A program made the translations under genes and the position numbers. Positions 7,188 through 16,939 of a stretch of DNA of 64,000 bases are shown in pieces (the first letter of the stretch is position 1; each line of letters starts with the position of its first letter). Location of the stretch: the NCBI GenBank assembly GCA_963696405.1, contig CAVOJY010000003.1, positions 303 to 64,302 of the forward strand, written 5' to 3'. Origin of the DNA: an uncultured Chloroflexia bacterium (GTDB lineage Bacteria > Chloroflexota > Limnocylindria > Limnocylindrales > CSP1-4). The notes below the pieces were generated by a model, which did no database searches, was not told where the DNA came from, and saw only the letters and a program-made list of their open reading frames with translations.

Positions 7188-9884
7188 TCAGGGCTCCAGG
7201 ACGAGGCGGTGCGCCGTGGCGCGGTCGACGGCCGATCGCGTGAACGGCAGCGGCACGGTCTCGTTTCGCAGCCACGGCCCGATCATGTCGTCGTAGTGTG
7301 AGTCGAAGGGGATGCCCGACTCGCCCGTGGTGATGATCACGCGGGCGCCGTCGAGGTCGCCCATGTCGACGGCGAGCCGGTACGAAGGCCCGGCGGAGAC
7401 CGTGAAGATGACGCCGATGCCCTCGCCCGGTTCACCGGTGTACGGGTCCGGGTAGGCGCGCGACACGTCGAACGCGTTCTGGTTGACGGCGAACGGCGCG
7501 CCCGGGCACGCGTAGGGCCCGCGGTTGAACACCGCCTCGATCGGCCCGACCCCCGACGTCCCGAGGGTCGGTTCGCGGAACGTGATGGTGTGCACCGCGC
7601 CCCACGTCCATTTGGCCGGGTCGCCCAGTGCGGCGCGCAGGTCGCTCCCCGCCGCGTCGAGCACGGAAGACAGGACCTCCGACATGGTTTCCACGCCGGC
7701 GGTTCCGGGGTCGTCCCACCAGCGACTCCCCGGCTGGCTCAGCAGCGCGAGGGTCGCCTCGGCGGACCGGCCCGTGCCGACGAACAGGCGGGCAATGTCC
7801 CCCGGTGAGCCGCCGGCGCCCAGCCGCGGGTCGAAGAGCGCACGCGCCAGTCGGTATTCGAACGCCCAGAAGGCGGCACAGCCGGTCGAATCGACCGTGC
7901 AGAGCCCGTCCCAGTCGCGGATGCGCTGCAGCACCACGCCGCCGTCCGCCTGCCTCGGCGCGGCATCGCTGAGCCGGGCAACCACCTCCGGGACCTGGCC
8001 GACGAAGGTGTCGCCCTGGATGCGGCCCATCGCCTCGGGAGTGAGTCCGCCACCGGCCTCGAGGAGCTCGGTGATGCGCTGCGCTCGGTACCCGGCGTCC
8101 CAGTCGCTGGCCAGGAAATGGGGATAGGCGCCATCGACGACCGCGTTGTTGGCCGTCACGATCGCGTCGTCCGGCGGGTCGAACAGGCGGGGGAGGTCGT
8201 CGAAGGGCAGGTAGCCGGTCCAGTCGTGGCTTCCGTCCCAGCCCGGCGCCGGCATCGTCCCGTCCCCGGACCGTCGCACCGGCACGAGTCCCGGCATCTG
8301 GTAGCCGATGTGCCCCTCAACGTCGGCGTAGACGACGTTCTGCGAGGGCGCAGAGAACAGGCGCAGGGCATCGCGGAACGCCTCGTAGCCTGCTGCCCGG
8401 TCGAGGGCGAGGATGGCCTCCGCAGAGCGATCCGGCTCGGCGATCGCGGTCCAACGAAGGGAGTAGACGACGCCGCTGCCGTTGAGGTCGCTGCCGCCTT
8501 CGCCGGCCGGCCGCAGGTCCTGGACCGCGTCGCTCACGACCGGGCCGTGGACCGTTTCGCGCACCATGATCGGCACGTCCGGGCCGCCGGCCACGCGGAT
8601 CACCTCCTGGCGCAGCGTCATCGCCCGCATCGAGCCCAGGTACTCGTAGCGGTTCGCGTCAGAAGCGTCGACTCGTTCGACGAAGAGGTCCTGGACGTCC
8701 GGATCGACGTTGGTGAACGCCCAGGCGATGCGCGCGTTGTGTCCGAGAACCACCCCCGCGGAGCCCGCGAAGCTCACCCCAGCCACGTCGTACGGGCACG
8801 CGTCGTTCACCGGAACGCAGTGGAGGCCGTTGATGAACCAGATGGACGGCATGCCGTGCGGCAGGTGCGGGTCGTTGGCGAGGATCGGATAGCCGCTGGC
8901 CGATCGCGACGGGCCGACCACCCAGTTGTTGGAGCCGGCCGCATCGAGTGCGTTGCCAGCCCGGGAGGGGTCGACCGAGTCCAGGTCGACGAGCCCTCCT
9001 GCGAGCCGGGCAAGCCGGGTGAGCGCCCGCTCGGAACCGCCATCGAGCCCGACGCCCGCGAGCGCCTCGGACCCCGCAAGGACGGCCTCCGCGACAACGG
9101 CCCTGCCGCCGGCCTCCGCGACCACGGCCCTGCCGCCGGACATCCCGCGCCCCGTTGCCCCGGCGCCCCCGGAACCAGGTGCGCCCGTGGGCACGATCAC
9201 TGGCCAGTCCGATCGATAGGCTGGCGACAGCTCGGCGACGGCCGCCGGGTCCACCTTCGCGGCGAGAAGCAGGTTGAAGAGCTCGGCATCCATGTTGCCG
9301 CCGAGCCCCCAGGCCTGGACCTTCTGCCAGGTCAGGGTGTCGACGGGCGTCCACGGGTCCGGCCGGAAGCCGGCCAGGCCGCCGCCCGCCCCGGTGAGGC
9401 CGAGCACGGCGAAGGGGAGGGGCCGGTCGGGATGCGCATCAAGCCACGCGTTCACACCCGCGGCGTACGCCCCGAGCATGCGGCGCGCGTCGGGGGACAG
9501 GGCGGCGAGGTCGCGTTCCGCCGCGTGCCGCCACCCGAGCGTGCGCGCCAGACGGTCGCGGTCGACCTGTGACTCCCCGAACAGCTCGGCGAGGCGACCC
9601 GAGCCCAGCCTCCGCCAGACCTCCATCTGCCACATGCGCTCCGAGGCATGGACCCAGCCCTGGGCGGCGAAGAGGTCGGTCGGTGTCGAGGCGTATATGT
9701 GCGGGATGCCGTTGGCGTCGCGGATCACGGTGACGTCGGCCGCGAGGCCCGGAAGCCGGGCGGAGCCATCCCGCTGCGGGAAGCCGCGGATCACGACCGC
9801 GGCCGTGATACTGCCGAGCGCCCCGAGCACGAGCGCGACGAGGAGAAGGACGACGAGGATCGCGACGATGGCGCGACGGCCCAA
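7188..9884 (-). CDS. Penicillin acylase / Ntn-hydrolase family protein (AHL- or beta-lactam-acylase-like), intact 898 aa
   Basis: It has an N-terminal TM/signal region (IVAILVVLLLVALVLGALG). Alpha-subunit motifs are GIPHIYA and AQGWVHASERMWQME. The beta-subunit nucleophile context is AGSNNWVVGPSRSASGYPILANDPHL. The spacer contains the duplicated GGRAVVAEA. Confidence 0.9.
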   Translation of the reverse strand: MGRRAIVAILVVLLLVALVLGALGSITAAVVIRGFPQRDGSARLPGLAADVTVIRDANGIPHIYASTPTDLFAAQGWVHASERMWQMEVWRRLGSGRLAELFGESQVDRDRLARTLGWRHAAERDLAALSPDARRMLGAYAAGVNAWLDAHPDRPLPFAVLGLTGAGGGLAGFRPDPWTPVDTLTWQKVQAWGLGGNMDAELFNLLLAAKVDPAAVAELSPAYRSDWPVIVPTGAPGSGGAGATGRGMSGGRAVVAEAGGRAVVAEAVLAGSEALAGVGLDGGSERALTRLARLAGGLVDLDSVDPSRAGNALDAAGSNNWVVGPSRSASGYPILANDPHLPHGMPSIWFINGLHCVPVNDACPYDVAGVSFAGSAGVVLGHNARIAWAFTNVDPDVQDLFVERVDASDANRYEYLGSMRAMTLRQEVIRVAGGPDVPIMVRETVHGPVVSDAVQDLRPAGEGGSDLNGSGVVYSLRWTAIAEPDRSAEAILALDRAAGYEAFRDALRLFSAPSQNVVYADVEGHIGYQMPGLVPVRRSGDGTMPAPGWDGSHDWTGYLPFDDLPRLFDPPDDAIVTANNAVVDGAYPHFLASDWDAGYRAQRITELLEAGGGLTPEAMGRIQGDTFVGQVPEVVARLSDAAPRQADGGVVLQRIRDWDGLCTVDSTGCAAFWAFEYRLARALFDPRLGAGGSPGDIARLFVGTGRSAEATLALLSQPGSRWWDDPGTAGVETMSEVLSSVLDAAGSDLRAALGDPAKWTWGAVHTITFREPTLGTSGVGPIEAVFNRGPYACPGAPFAVNQNAFDVSRAYPDPYTGEPGEGIGVIFTVSAGPSYRLAVDMGDLDGARVIITTGESGIPFDSHYDDMIGPWLRNETVPLPFTRSAVDRATAHRLVLEP

Positions 9885-10014
9885 TTGCTCCCTCCCGGTT
9901 CCATGCCCGCATCCACCGGCGCGGCGCCGGTGTCGACCTCATGATGACGCGGGCGGCAAGCCGCCGCCAGCGCTTCTGCGGGGTCGGCGCTCCGCTACAC
10001 CCCGATCCCCAGCG

Positions 10015-10061
10015 GGGCGAGGGACGGGCGAGGGACTGGGCGAGGGACTGGGCGAGGGTGA
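10015..10061. repeat. 12-nt tandem direct repeat x4 (GGGCGAGGGACT)
   Basis: The sequence is gggcgagggac gggcgagggact gggcgagggact gggcgagggtga. It lies in the intergenic region between the acylase start and the cupin gene. Confidence 0.8.
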
Positions 10062-10315
10062 AGTCGCCCGGGTGAAGCCACCTGGGCCCGACCGGGGGCC
10101 CGCACTGCTCAGCGACGGGGGACCGACCACGTCATACGAGAGCCCCCGTAGCCTTGGCCGGGATCGATCCGGCAGGACCGCCACGGGGATGCCGAGGACC
10201 GTGGCCGATGTCCCGGCCCGAGCGTGAGTCGGGACGTCCAAGCCGGACCCTGGGGCCCCCCGGCCTGCACTGACCGGGGGCGAGGAGGCCAACGCCACGG
10301 GGATTTGCATTCGAC

Positions 10316-10597
10316 ATGTACGGGTGGTCGAACGGCCCGGGCGACCGGTACGCGGCGCACCGGCACGACCACGACAAGGTCATCGTGGTCACTCGCGGCG
10401 ACATCGTCTTCGGGCTGCCGGAGGCCGGGACCGGCGTTTCCCTGGATGCGGGCGATCGCCTGGACCTGCCGGCCGGCACGCTCCACCATGCCGTCGTGGG
10501 GCCGCGCGGCGTGCACTGCCTGGAGGCCCACCTGGAGCCGGGCACGCTGGGGAAGCGCGCGGAGCGACGCGCCGGCTGGGTGGCGGGGGAACCCTGA
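10316..10597 (+). CDS. Cupin-domain protein (93 aa)
   Basis: The sequence RYAAHRHDHDKVIVVTRGDIVFGL...GDRLDLPAGTLHHAV has a cupin-like arrangement of conserved His and Gly residues. Confidence 0.75.
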   Translation: MYGWSNGPGDRYAAHRHDHDKVIVVTRGDIVFGLPEAGTGVSLDAGDRLDLPAGTLHHAVVGPRGVHCLEAHLEPGTLGKRAERRAGWVAGEP

Positions 10598-10606
10598 GGC
10601 AAAAAG

Positions 10607-10644
10607 AGAAGAACCGCCGTGGAGGAGGGAACGGCGGTTCTTCT
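10607..10644 (+). terminator. Intrinsic-terminator-like hairpin after the cupin gene
   Basis: A perfect 13-bp stem, AGAAGAACCGCCG / CGGCGGTTCTTCT, has a 12-nt loop. It starts 10 nt after the stop codon. There is no clear U-tract. Confidence 0.6.
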
Positions 10645-10783
10645 GGGCTGGATGGGCGTCAGTATTCTTATTCAGGCGATGCCCGGATTTTGCGGTTCCC
10701 CGGCAACGCATTCATACTGTACCCTACAAATCAAAGGTCGTCAAGCGCGGGCGCGCTTACGGACGCGGCATCACCGAGGCACG

Positions 10784-11455
10784 ATGGCTAACGAAACGCG
10801 GCTGGATCCGATGGACGAGCAAATCCTCGCGATCCTCCAGGAGGACGGCCGGCGCACCTACGCGGAGATCGCGTCACTCGTCGGCCTGACAGCTCCCTCC
10901 GCTCACGAACGGGTGAAGAAGCTCGAAGCGCGCGGCACCATCCTCGGCTATGCGGCGTCCGTCGATGCGCACCAAGCGGGTTTCGGCGTCCTGGCGTTCG
11001 TCCTGGTGGCGCAGGAGATCTACTCCGACTGGGACTCGGTGACCAGCCAATTCCGAACCATGCCCGAGGTGGTCGAATGCCACCACGTCGCCGGCGACGA
11101 GGACTTCGTCCTGAAGGTCCGGGCACGAGACACCGGGCACCTTGAACGCATCCTTCGCGAGATCCAGCTGAGCGGTCACGTGCGCTCGCTGCGCACCATG
11201 GTCGTCTTGTCGTCGCCGCTCGAGGGGCGTGGGCTGCCAATAGGGTTGGACACGCCGCTGCCGAACGTGCGCGCCGCGAACCACCGTGCCCGGCTGGGCG
11301 TCGCGCCCGAGATCCCCCTGGCGGAGCCCGACGCGGTCGTGCAACCTGACGCGCCCGCACCGCCCGCCGACGCATTCGGTGCGCACATCGCTCCCGCGCC
11401 CGCGTCGCCGATCCCGCCCGTCGTCGCGGAAACCAGCGAGACCCCTTCCGCGTAG
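10784..11455 (+). CDS. Lrp/AsnC-family transcriptional regulator with a Pro/Ala-rich C-terminal extension
   Basis: The start is ATG 10784. The HTH region is LDPMDEQILAILQEDGRRTYAEIASLVGLTAPSAHERVKKLEARG. The RAM domain is MPEVVECHHVAGDEDFVLKVRARD. Confidence 0.85.
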   Translation: MANETRLDPMDEQILAILQEDGRRTYAEIASLVGLTAPSAHERVKKLEARGTILGYAASVDAHQAGFGVLAFVLVAQEIYSDWDSVTSQFRTMPEVVECHHVAGDEDFVLKVRARDTGHLERILREIQLSGHVRSLRTMVVLSSPLEGRGLPIGLDTPLPNVRAANHRARLGVAPEIPLAEPDAVVQPDAPAPPADAFGAHIAPAPASPIPPVVAETSETPSA

Positions 11456-11789
11456 TCATCCACGGTGGTGGTGGGGCTCGGGGTACGGTCGGACGACGAT
11501 GACACGGCGGACGGATTTGATGTCGACATCGCACGCGGTCAGCCGGTCGCAGCGGCTGCCTTCGACCAGGACCCCGCTGAGGAAGCCGCGATGGAGCCCT
11601 GCCACGGGCAGGGTCGTGATGCTCGGTAACGGGGTCGACTACTGGAGCGGGTCGGCGAGCGGATGGGGAGGCGATGTGCCGTACGGGGCGCGGTTCGGGA
11701 TAGCCTCGATCAGGTCGGCGGCACGTTGCCGGGAGCGCCGCTGCTGGTGGGCACCTACAACTGAGGTTGCGCTGGCGTACGCTCCGTTC

Positions 11790-12602
11790 GTGAGCGCGAG
11801 GGAGGCGATCCACCGGGTCCGGGCGATCCAGCTTGTCGGCACGGACGATCCCGGGTACCTGTCGGCGATGGCCGACCAGGCGCTTGCCCATCGGCACTAC
11901 GGCCCCAAGGAGGACCAGAGCGCGACCTACCACGTCAGCGGGCGCGTCGAGGCCGCGGCGCGGGCGTGGTTGTCGGCGCGCGTGCCGCTCCTGCTCGAGC
12001 GCGTCATCGCCGCCGACGTCCTCTACCGGAACGCCCGCGCGTACGAGCGTCTCTACCTCGAGCTCGATGCCGTCGAGGGCCGTGACGGGATCCCGTCGCG
12101 CGTCTACGAGGTGAAGTTCACGAGCAACCTGGCGGCGATGCGGCGGGGCTTCGGCCAGGTGGCGAGGGCGGTGCGCCTGCTCGAGACGCGCTTCGACCGC
12201 GTCGAGGGAATTGTCATCCTGGTTGCGGCTCGCCGCGGCGATTTCGACCGCGAGGACCCGCGGCTCGCCGACCTCACCTCGATCGCCGCGGAGGACCTCG
12301 CCGCCCCGGCACTCCCGGAGCACCCACTCCTGGAGATCGATCTGCAGGACCTGAGACCCTTCCTGGCGCCCGAGGACCTCGTCCTGCTGGAGACCGCCCG
12401 CGACGAGGGAGACGCCAACGTCACTGCCCGCGAGGAACGGGCAGCCCGGACCGCCGAGGAGGGTCCTCTGCCCCCGCCGGAGAGACCGCGGCGGCCGGCT
12501 GCCACGCTGGCATTCGGCGAGGAGGCCGAACCCAGCGAGGACGAGTCGCCCTTCGCGATCCTCAGGAGGCTGACGCAGCCGGAGTCGGAGGCGGGGCCGT
12601 AA
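11790..12602 (+). CDS. Hypothetical protein with a PD-(D/E)xK-like motif and an acidic C-terminal tail
   Basis: GTG 11790 is in frame with ORF 11286..12602. The sequence LYLELDAVEGRDGIPSRVYEVKFTS has a D..(13)..E-V-K spacing like restriction-endonuclease-fold proteins. I recognise no family and the start is uncertain. Confidence 0.45.
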   Translation: MSAREAIHRVRAIQLVGTDDPGYLSAMADQALAHRHYGPKEDQSATYHVSGRVEAAARAWLSARVPLLLERVIAADVLYRNARAYERLYLELDAVEGRDGIPSRVYEVKFTSNLAAMRRGFGQVARAVRLLETRFDRVEGIVILVAARRGDFDREDPRLADLTSIAAEDLAAPALPEHPLLEIDLQDLRPFLAPEDLVLLETARDEGDANVTAREERAARTAEEGPLPPPERPRRPAATLAFGEEAEPSEDESPFAILRRLTQPESEAGP

Positions 12603-12891
12603 CCGCCCGCTCAGCGTCCGGGTCACTCACCGCGGGCGGGTCGCCCGCAAGGTACGGCGGGCTGCTGCGCAGGTAATCGCGGTGAAGCTCCAGGACCTGC
12701 TCGACCAGCGGGACCGGCGCGACGCCGCCGGATCGCTCGATCGTGCCGGCGACCCAGCCCGCTTCGAGCGAACGCTCGTCCGCCGCCAGGTCGTCCTCCT
12801 CGCGGGCGATCGTCCCGCGGACGAACCAGACGGTAGCCGCCCCGACGGCCAACCCGATGGCGAAGAGCCACCACACCCACGCGTCGTTCAC
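12562..12891 (-). CDS. Hypothetical single-pass membrane protein
   Basis: From GTG 12891 the sequence is VNDAWVWWLFAIGLAVGAATVWFV (a TM helix) followed by an acidic segment. It overlaps the 3' end of the convergent gene by 41 nt. Confidence 0.4.
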   Translation of the reverse strand: MNDAWVWWLFAIGLAVGAATVWFVRGTIAREEDDLAADERSLEAGWVAGTIERSGGVAPVPLVEQVLELHRDYLRSSPPYLAGDPPAVSDPDAERAVTAPPPTPAASAS

Positions 12892-13018
12892 TGATTGAGT
12901 ATATGGCCCGGGGCGGCACCTGCGGCCCGGCCGCGGCGAGCCGGCCGGCCGTCGCCACCATCGGGTCCGCCGCGTGCCCGCCGCGCGCGACCCCGAGCCG
13001 GTATCCTGCCGCGCAGTG

Positions 13019-14005
13019 ATGCCTCCCATTGCGTTGCCCCCCGCCCTCATCGTGGTCACGCCGACGCCGGTGGCCTTCACGATCGGCCCGGTCACGGTGC
13101 CCTGGTACGGGATCTGCTACGTCCTGGCGCTGGCCGCCGGCACCTTCATCATCGCCCGCGAGGCCAGGCGCCACGGAGAGAACCCCGAGCACGTCTGGAA
13201 CGCGGTTCTCATGGTCTTCGTTTTCGCCCTCATCGGCGCCCGCATCTACCACGTGATCGACCAGTGGTCGTACTACGCGGGCGACCCGCTCAAGATCGTC
13301 CTGCCTCCGTACTCGGGTCTCGGCATCTACGGCGGGATCGCCGGGGCGATCGTCGGCATCGTGGTCTACACGCGGCGCAACCACCTGAGCTTCTGGCGGT
13401 GGGCGGATTTCGCGGTGCCCGGCCTCCTCATCGGCCAGGCCATCGGCCGCTGGGGCAACTTCTTCAACCAGGAGCTGTACGGCCCGCCGACGAACCTCCC
13501 CTGGGCCATCACGATCCAGTGCCAGTACCGCGTCGCGGCGTTCCCCTGCTCGGTCTACCCGTTCGAGACGACCGGGTTCCATCCACTGTTCCTCTACGAG
13601 GGGCTGCTCAGCCTCGTTGGCGGCCTGATCGCTCTCTGGCTGTCCCACCGGATGTGGGACCGGCTGCGCCCGGGGGACCTCGTCTCCTTCTGGTTCCTGT
13701 GGTACGGGTCCGTGCGCGCCCTCCTCGAGGTGTTCCGGGAGGGCTACAACTGGACGTTCTTCGGCATCCCGGTCGCCATCCTCGTCAGCGGTGGCGCGAT
13801 CGCCTACGGCGTCGTCAGCATCTGGTGGCGGCACCGGCTTCCGCCGGGGCAGCCGCGGACGCGGGGGACCGCAGCCCCGCTCTCCGAGGAGATCGCGAAC
13901 CCACCACCCGCGGCGACCGAGGAAATCGCGAACCCACCACCCGCGGCGACCGAGGATCCGCCGGTCCGGGACGGATCGCCCCCCGCGATGGAGCCGCCAG
14001 GCTGA
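13019..14005 (+). CDS. lgt: Prolipoprotein diacylglyceryl transferase
   Basis: Motifs: WYGICYVLALAAG, LIGARIYHVIDQWSYY, GLGIYGGIAGAIVG, GQAIGRWGNFFNQELYG, HPLFLYEGL. The C-terminal tail has the in-frame duplication EEIANPPPAAT x2. Confidence 0.9.
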   Translation: MPPIALPPALIVVTPTPVAFTIGPVTVPWYGICYVLALAAGTFIIAREARRHGENPEHVWNAVLMVFVFALIGARIYHVIDQWSYYAGDPLKIVLPPYSGLGIYGGIAGAIVGIVVYTRRNHLSFWRWADFAVPGLLIGQAIGRWGNFFNQELYGPPTNLPWAITIQCQYRVAAFPCSVYPFETTGFHPLFLYEGLLSLVGGLIALWLSHRMWDRLRPGDLVSFWFLWYGSVRALLEVFREGYNWTFFGIPVAILVSGGAIAYGVVSIWWRHRLPPGQPRTRGTAAPLSEEIANPPPAATEEIANPPPAATEDPPVRDGSPPAMEPPG

Positions 14006-14061
14006 CCAGGGTCTGAAGCCGCCGTTCCCGTCAGGCGTGCGAGGCCGAAAGCCGCCCCCTC

Positions 14062-14832
14062 TCAGGCGCGCGAGGCCGCGACCGTCACGCTTTCCGCGTC
14101 GCCGGCCGGCATCGCCGCTTCGGCGGTGGCGAGCGTCGCCCTGAAGCGCCGCGCCGACTTCTCCATCTCGGCCGCCATGGCGGCCCGGGCCGCATCCGGG
14201 TCGCCTCGCTCGATCGCCTCGAACACGGCCACGTGCTCCGAGGCAGTCCGATGGGCATCCGGCTCTGGCTGGTTCGTCCGGGCGATCCACACGCGCTGCA
14301 GGGAGCGGATCGACGTCATCGTCTCAAGGAGCACGGAGTTGCCGGCGGCCTCCCAGATCAGCGTGTGGAACGCGACGTCAGCGGCGATGAGGCGCTCCAG
14401 GTCGTCGGCCGCTTCCTCCATGTTCTGCAGTTCCCCTCGCATGTCCTCGACGGCCTGCTCACTCCGCCGCTCGGCTGCGAGGCCGGCAAGGAGGGTCTCG
14501 AGGTGCTCGCGCGCCTCGATCAGGTCCAGGGCGCGCTGCTCGCCGAGCAGGAGGCCCCATTCGATGACCTTCGGCAGGACTTCGGACTCGGTGCTGCGCA
14601 GGAACGTGCCGTTGCCCGGACGAACCTCGACGATGCCGAGCATGCTGAGCGACTTGAGTGCTTCGCGCGTGTTCGTGCGCCCGATGCCGAGCGACTGGGC
14701 GAGCTGGCGCTCGGACGGGAGTCGACCGCCGGGCTTCACGGCCCCTGACAGCAGGTAGGCAAGCAGGCGGCGCGACACCTCGACGGTGGTGGTCTCGCGA
14801 CGGGCCAGATCGAACGGCTCGAGCGCAGTCAT
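14062..14832 (-). CDS. GntR-family transcriptional regulator, FadR subfamily (FCD domain)
   Basis: The wHTH is GGRLPSERQLAQSLGIGRTNTREALKSLSMLGIVEVRPGNGTFL. The FCD-type helical C-terminus includes ADVAFHTLIWEAAGN and EHVAVFEAIERGDPDAARAAM. Confidence 0.9.
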   Translation of the reverse strand: MTALEPFDLARRETTTVEVSRRLLAYLLSGAVKPGGRLPSERQLAQSLGIGRTNTREALKSLSMLGIVEVRPGNGTFLRSTESEVLPKVIEWGLLLGEQRALDLIEAREHLETLLAGLAAERRSEQAVEDMRGELQNMEEAADDLERLIAADVAFHTLIWEAAGNSVLLETMTSIRSLQRVWIARTNQPEPDAHRTASEHVAVFEAIERGDPDAARAAMAAEMEKSARRFRATLATAEAAMPAGDAESVTVAASRA

Positions 14833-14961
14833 CCTGACGCTAGCCTACCGCTTCGTCACCTGCCTCGGTGAGCTCTCCCGGCAGGCCGGGGAGCCTTCCG
14901 AACCGCGGCTGCTGCCGCCCGGTCCACGGTCCTGGCTTCTCTCGCCGTTCTCGCTCTGCCC

Positions 14962-16013
14962 TCAGCCCCCGCGCTGGGCGCGGATCTCGGCGAGGACGGC
15001 CAGCCAGCCCTCCACGAAGACGTCGCGGAAGTGCTGCACCGGGACCGAAGTCCTCGAACTCCTCCGGCGAGAGGGCCCCCAGGGTCATGCCCCTTGCGGA
15101 AGTCGTCGAAGTGCTCCGAGAGGGTGGCAAGGATGCGCCGGATCGATCGGGTCGGCCACGGTGTACTCGACGGGGGGATCGGCCTCGCAGGATCTCGGCC
15201 ACCGTGGAGTAGTTGATGGTGGCCGCCGTCCACTCCCCGACGAGCCCCGTGTAGTCGATGGGCAGGCGGGCGCCCCCGAAGAGGAGCATGACCGGGTAGG
15301 AGCGCTCCCGCACCAGCGCCCGGGTGGCCCGTCCGATGGCCACCCCGGTCCAGTCGATGACGCTGAAGGGGACGGCGATGCCGTCGCGCTTGGCGAGCTT
15401 CTTGAGGTGATCGGCGAAGATGCCGGTGATGGGGCTCATGAAGAAGGGGGGCTTCTTCCCGGTCTTCGCACAGGTCCGGTTGTAGAGCTCGCAGGCGTAC
15501 TCCACCTGGTCGAGGCTGAAGACCTCGGTCAGGATGGTCTGGGAACCCTGCGGCCACCATCTCCTCGAAGGCCACGAAGCCGGGCAGGGTGGCCGGGATC
15601 TTGGGGGTGGCGTTGGGACCCAGGGTGCGGGCCCGGTGGGCCTCATGGGTGATGAGGGCACCATCGTGGTCCGACTCGGGAGCCCCCTGGATGGAGACGA
15701 AGCCCTCCCTGCCGCCCGAGGCGTCCCAGAGCGGCCGGAACTTGGCCAGCACGTTGGAGACGAGGCGCTCCTGGACCCGGTCGGCCACGTGGAGGTCGTC
15801 GTCGGAGGGGGAGGCCCCGGCCACCACCTGGGCGATGATCGGCTTCACGTAGTCGGGGGCGCGCTTGAGGAGGTTCCCCCCGTAGGAGGGGTTGGTGGTG
15901 CAGCCCATGGCCCCCTGGGCGAGGGCCAGGTCGCACTCCTCCATGGTGGGGTTGTTGAGCCACAGGCGGGTCGGCGTCGTGGCTCGCACCTTCTGGAAGT
16001 AACTCTCGGTCAC
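14962..16013 (-). pseudogene. Transaldolase-family protein, at least 4 frameshifts
   Basis: GTG 16013 follows AAGGAGAG. The first segment is VTESYFQKVRATTPTRLWLNNPTMEECDLALAQGAMGCTTNPSY...GFVSIQGAP...ATPKIPATLPGFVAFEEMVAAG (ORF 14856..16070). Next is QTILTEVFSLDQVEYACELYNRT..PPFFMSPITGIFADHLKKLAKRDG...LLFGGARLPIDYTGLVGEW..TVAEIL (ORF 14840..15664). Then come RRILATLSEHFDDFRKG, MTLGALSPEEFEDFGP, and finally VQHFRDVFVEGWLAVLAEIRAQRGG-stop (14962-14964). The frame order is 2,1,2,1,0. The total length is 1052 nt, which is not a multiple of 3. Confidence 0.8.
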
Positions 16014-16186
16014 GGCGCCTCTCCTTGGGCAGCGATGGATCCTATAGGGCAGCGAACAGCTCTGACCCACGGCGACCCTGGTGGAGCATTGGGTGACCGG
16101 TCGCCCGTGCGGACATTCTAGCGAGGCGTACCTGCGAGCGCCAGATCACGCCAGTGCCGGGGGCGCTGACAGGCGCCGCACAGTGC

Positions 16187-16939
16187 TCAGATGGCCGCGC
16201 CGGCAGCCACGGTCACGTTGGGGTCGCCGGAGGGGATGGTGGCCTCGAGGCGGCGCGCGGCCGACGCCATGTGGACGGCCATGGACTCGCGGGCGGCCTC
16301 GGGGTCGCCGCGCTCGATCGCCTCGAAGATGGGCACGTGCTCGTCGATCGTGCGCCGCGAGTCCGTTTCGGCGAGATACACGCGCCGGATCCAGACCTGC
16401 AGGAGCGCACGGATGCTGGTCAGCGTCTGCTGGAGGACCGCGTTGCCGGCGGCGCTCCAGACACCGATGTGAAACTCCAGGTCGGCCTCGATCACTCCTT
16501 CGGCGTTTCGCCCGGCCTTCTCCATTCGCCGGAGCTCGACCCGCAGCGCCTCGACGTCCGCCGCCTGTCGCCGCTCCGCTGCCATCCCGGCCAGCAGCAC
16601 CTCGAGATGCCTGCGCGCCTCGATGAGGTCCCTCACCCGCTTCTCGCCCAGGAGGAGGCCCCACTCGATCGCCTCCGGAAGCAGGTCGGAGTCCGTGCGC
16701 TTCAGGAACGTCCCGTTGCCCTGGCGGACCTCGACGAGCCCGAGCAGCGCGAGCGATTTCAACGCTTCCCGGACGACCGACCGGCCGACGCCGAGCGCCT
16801 CGGCAAGCTTGCGCTCGGATGGAATGCGGTCGCCTGGTTTGATGGTGCCGGTGAGGAAGTAGGTGAGCAGCCGGCGGGCGATCTCGGTCGAGATCGTCTC
16901 GCGCCCGGCGAGGTCGATTGGCTCGAGTTCTGCGACCAT
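16187..16939 (-). CDS. GntR-family regulator, FadR subfamily. Paralogue of 14062..14832.
   Basis: From ATG 16939 the sequence is MVAELEPIDLAGRETISTEIARRLLTYFLTGTIKPGDRIPSERKLAEALGVGRSVVREALKSLALLGLVEVRQGNGTFL. It is collinear with the other regulator: EPFDLARRETTTVEVSRRLLAYLLSG.. versus EPIDLAGRETISTEIARRLLTYFLTG.. Confidence 0.9.
   Translation of the reverse strand: MVAELEPIDLAGRETISTEIARRLLTYFLTGTIKPGDRIPSERKLAEALGVGRSVVREALKSLALLGLVEVRQGNGTFLKRTDSDLLPEAIEWGLLLGEKRVRDLIEARRHLEVLLAGMAAERRQAADVEALRVELRRMEKAGRNAEGVIEADLEFHIGVWSAAGNAVLQQTLTSIRALLQVWIRRVYLAETDSRRTIDEHVPIFEAIERGDPEAARESMAVHMASAARRLEATIPSGDPNVTVAAGAAI

Noticed and set aside
8118-9572. Very long ORFs antisense to well-supported genes. 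Examples are 8118..9572, 10788..12626, 12623..14290, 39779..42412, 43227..44807, 44777..46219, 49165..51150, 53393..54937, 54616..56454 and 58528..60423.
   Set aside because: They are Arg/Pro/Gly/Ala-rich with no recognisable motifs, and each lies opposite a gene with strong family signatures. This is the expected stop-codon-poor antisense artefact in ~70% GC DNA.
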